From assembly GCA_965222155.1 (NCBI GenBank), contig CBDCTH010000012.1, positions 3,136,001-3,200,000 on the forward strand: DNA of 64,000 nt, read 5' to 3'. The notes beneath the pieces were generated by a model. It was not told where the DNA came from. It was given only the letters and a program-made list of their open reading frames with translations, and ran no database searches. The first letter of the stretch is position 1; each line of letters starts with the position of its first letter. A program made the position numbers and the translations under genes. Below, piece after piece: positions 61,142 through 64,000 of the stretch. This DNA comes from Gammaproteobacteria bacterium. Lineage in GTDB: Bacteria; Pseudomonadota; Gammaproteobacteria; Eutrophobiales; Eutrophobiaceae.

Positions 61142-62182
61142 ATGTTGCGCCAGGATTTTGACTTTGAGTTACCGGAAGAATTAATAGCCCAGTACCCCGC
61201 ACCCGAGCGGGATGCCAGCCGGTTGTTGCTGCTTGACGGCAGGACCGGCGGGTATTCCGATAAGAGTTTTAGCGACCTTGTTGCATTGGTGAACCCCGGA
61301 GACCTGCTTGTGTTTAACGATACCCGGGTGATCCCGGCCAGGTTGTTCGGGCGCAAGGCAACGGGTGGCCGGGTTGAGGTCCTGATCGAACGCCTGCTGG
61401 ATGACTCAAGCTGTCTGGCCCATTTGCAGGCAAACAAGACACCCAAAGAGGGCGGCCGAATTATATTGGACGGCGGGGTTGAATTGCAGGTCGTCAGCCG
61501 TCAGCATGACTTGTTCAGGGTAAAGCTGCTGGATGGACAAGCACTGATGGACGTGCTGGTAATGCAGGGGCATACGCCGCTGCCGCCTTACATCCGCCGT
61601 GCGGACGAGGCAATTGACGCGCAACGCTACCAGACCGTGTACGCCAGAAAGCCCGGCGCGGTAGCGGCGCCGACAGCGGGACTGCATTTTACCCGCACAC
61701 TGATCAAGGAGCTGGAGAGAAAGGGGGTCATTTGCGCTTATGTTACCCTGCACGTGGGCGCAGGGACATTCCAGCCCATCCGGGAAGAAAGTATCGAAAA
61801 TCACAGGATGCACAGTGAGTGGTATCAGGTGGATGAGGAGGTCTGTGAGCAGGTAAGCGCCGTAAAAACCGCCGGCAATCGGGTCATTGCGGTGGGTACT
61901 ACGTCAGTCAGGTGTCTGGAAGCGGCTGCCGGTGAACGCGGGCTTCAGCCGTTTCAGGGGGAAACGGATATTTTTATCTATCCCGGGTTTGAATTTCAAA
62001 CCGTGGATGCCATGATCACCAACTTTCACCTGCCGGGTTCAACGTTATTGCTCCTGGTATGCGCGTTTGCCGGCCGTGGGAATATTATGAAGGCTTACCA
62101 TCATGCTATTGAGGAAAGGTATCGGTTTTTCAGTTATGGTGACGCTATGTTTATCTCCGGGTATCACAGGCAAACAGGATGA
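61142..62182 (+). CDS. queA: SAM:tRNA ribosyltransferase-isomerase
   Basis: [40 protein letters not shown]. Confidence 0.97.
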   Translation: MLRQDFDFELPEELIAQYPAPERDASRLLLLDGRTGGYSDKSFSDLVALVNPGDLLVFNDTRVIPARLFGRKATGGRVEVLIERLLDDSSCLAHLQANKTPKEGGRIILDGGVELQVVSRQHDLFRVKLLDGQALMDVLVMQGHTPLPPYIRRADEAIDAQRYQTVYARKPGAVAAPTAGLHFTRTLIKELERKGVICAYVTLHVGAGTFQPIREESIENHRMHSEWYQVDEEVCEQVSAVKTAGNRVIAVGTTSVRCLEAAAGERGLQPFQGETDIFIYPGFEFQTVDAMITNFHLPGSTLLLLVCAFAGRGNIMKAYHHAIEERYRFFSYGDAMFISGYHRQTG

Positions 62183-62186
62183 ATGA

Positions 62187-63338
<1,152 letters not shown>

Positions 63339-63354
63339 GGCAGGCTGTGGTGTA

Positions 63355-64000
63355 ATGACAAAGTTAAATAACACATCCCGCTTCGTCGGTCGGTTTCTCT
63401 GCGACAACCATGCCTGGCTGCTGGTTGCGTCCACCCTGCTTCTGTTATCTACCGAGACCTTGTCACTGATCCCCCAGGGAATTATGGCGGCGCTAGGGAT
63501 TTACCATGTAGGTCGAAACCCGCATACGCTCTACCGGGACAAGTCATTACGGGCTTTATTGTTCCTGTTTTTATGTCTGTGGCTGCCGCAACTGATCTCT
63601 CTCATAGGCGCGGTAAACCCGGCGCGTTCGGCAAAAATCGTATTGTTATACCCGCTTTACCTGTTTTGCGGAATATTCATTCTGCGGGAACTGGCGCGAC
63701 CGGGCAATCTCTCCCGTTTATCCCGGGCACTGTTGCTTGTTGTTATGTTCTGGTGTGTTGACGCCCTGATCCAGTACGCGACGGGGGCAAACCTGCTCGG
63801 CTACCCCTACCAGGACGGCATGTTGAGCGGGATGTTTTACCCGAAGCTGCGACTGGGCATCGTACTGGCCGTTGTTGTCCCCGTTGCCCTGGAGACAATC
63901 AGACATGTCAACAGGGACAGTTTGTATCCCTGGCTGCTGTTGATACCGTTTACTGTGGTAGTGCTGCTGAGTGGTCGAAGAAGTGCCTGGCTCATGTTGA
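63355..64000 (+). CDS. O-antigen ligase-like membrane protein (runs off window)
   Basis: Open frame not in the ORF track: DALIQYATGANLLGYP, GMFYPK, LSGRRSAW. Confidence 0.72.
   Translation, partial: MTKLNNTSRFVGRFLCDNHAWLLVASTLLLLSTETLSLIPQGIMAALGIYHVGRNPHTLYRDKSLRALLFLFLCLWLPQLISLIGAVNPARSAKIVLLYPLYLFCGIFILRELARPGNLSRLSRALLLVVMFWCVDALIQYATGANLLGYPYQDGMLSGMFYPKLRLGIVLAVVVPVALETIRHVNRDSLYPWLLLIPFTVVVLLSGRRSAWLML

Overview
A gammaproteobacterial chromosomal segment dominated by housekeeping operons: rpe-trpGDC, dapA-bamC, iscR-sufABCDSU-sufT-ferredoxin-ndk-rlmN-rodZ-hisS-yfgM-bamB-der, pepA-holC-valS-cysE, lptFG, pcnB-folK-dNK-panBC and queA-tgt, plus tRNA-Glu(CTC) and tRNA-Leu(CAA). Accessory patches are an orphan methylase with orphan higA (5.9-7.2 kb), a decayed defence-like islet between bamC and der (13.2-18.1 kb), a block between iscR and cysE carrying a stand-alone GHKL ATPase, and a ~3.9 kb integrase-less island at tRNA-Leu. 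That island holds an intact AT-rich three-gene operon ending in a putative Cys-His papain-fold enzyme, the best protein-level candidate for an undescribed system. The non-coding DNA contains several nested small elements: a TA-flanked ~250-bp MITE with covarying stems (4 copies plus one end), a 72-bp TIR-less hairpin element inserted at GA|A in three targets, a 206-bp ISAs1-like MITE with 10-bp TSDs, an IS5-like five-hairpin MITE and several REP-like palindromes. All calls come from reading the sequence and recalling family motifs; no searches were run.
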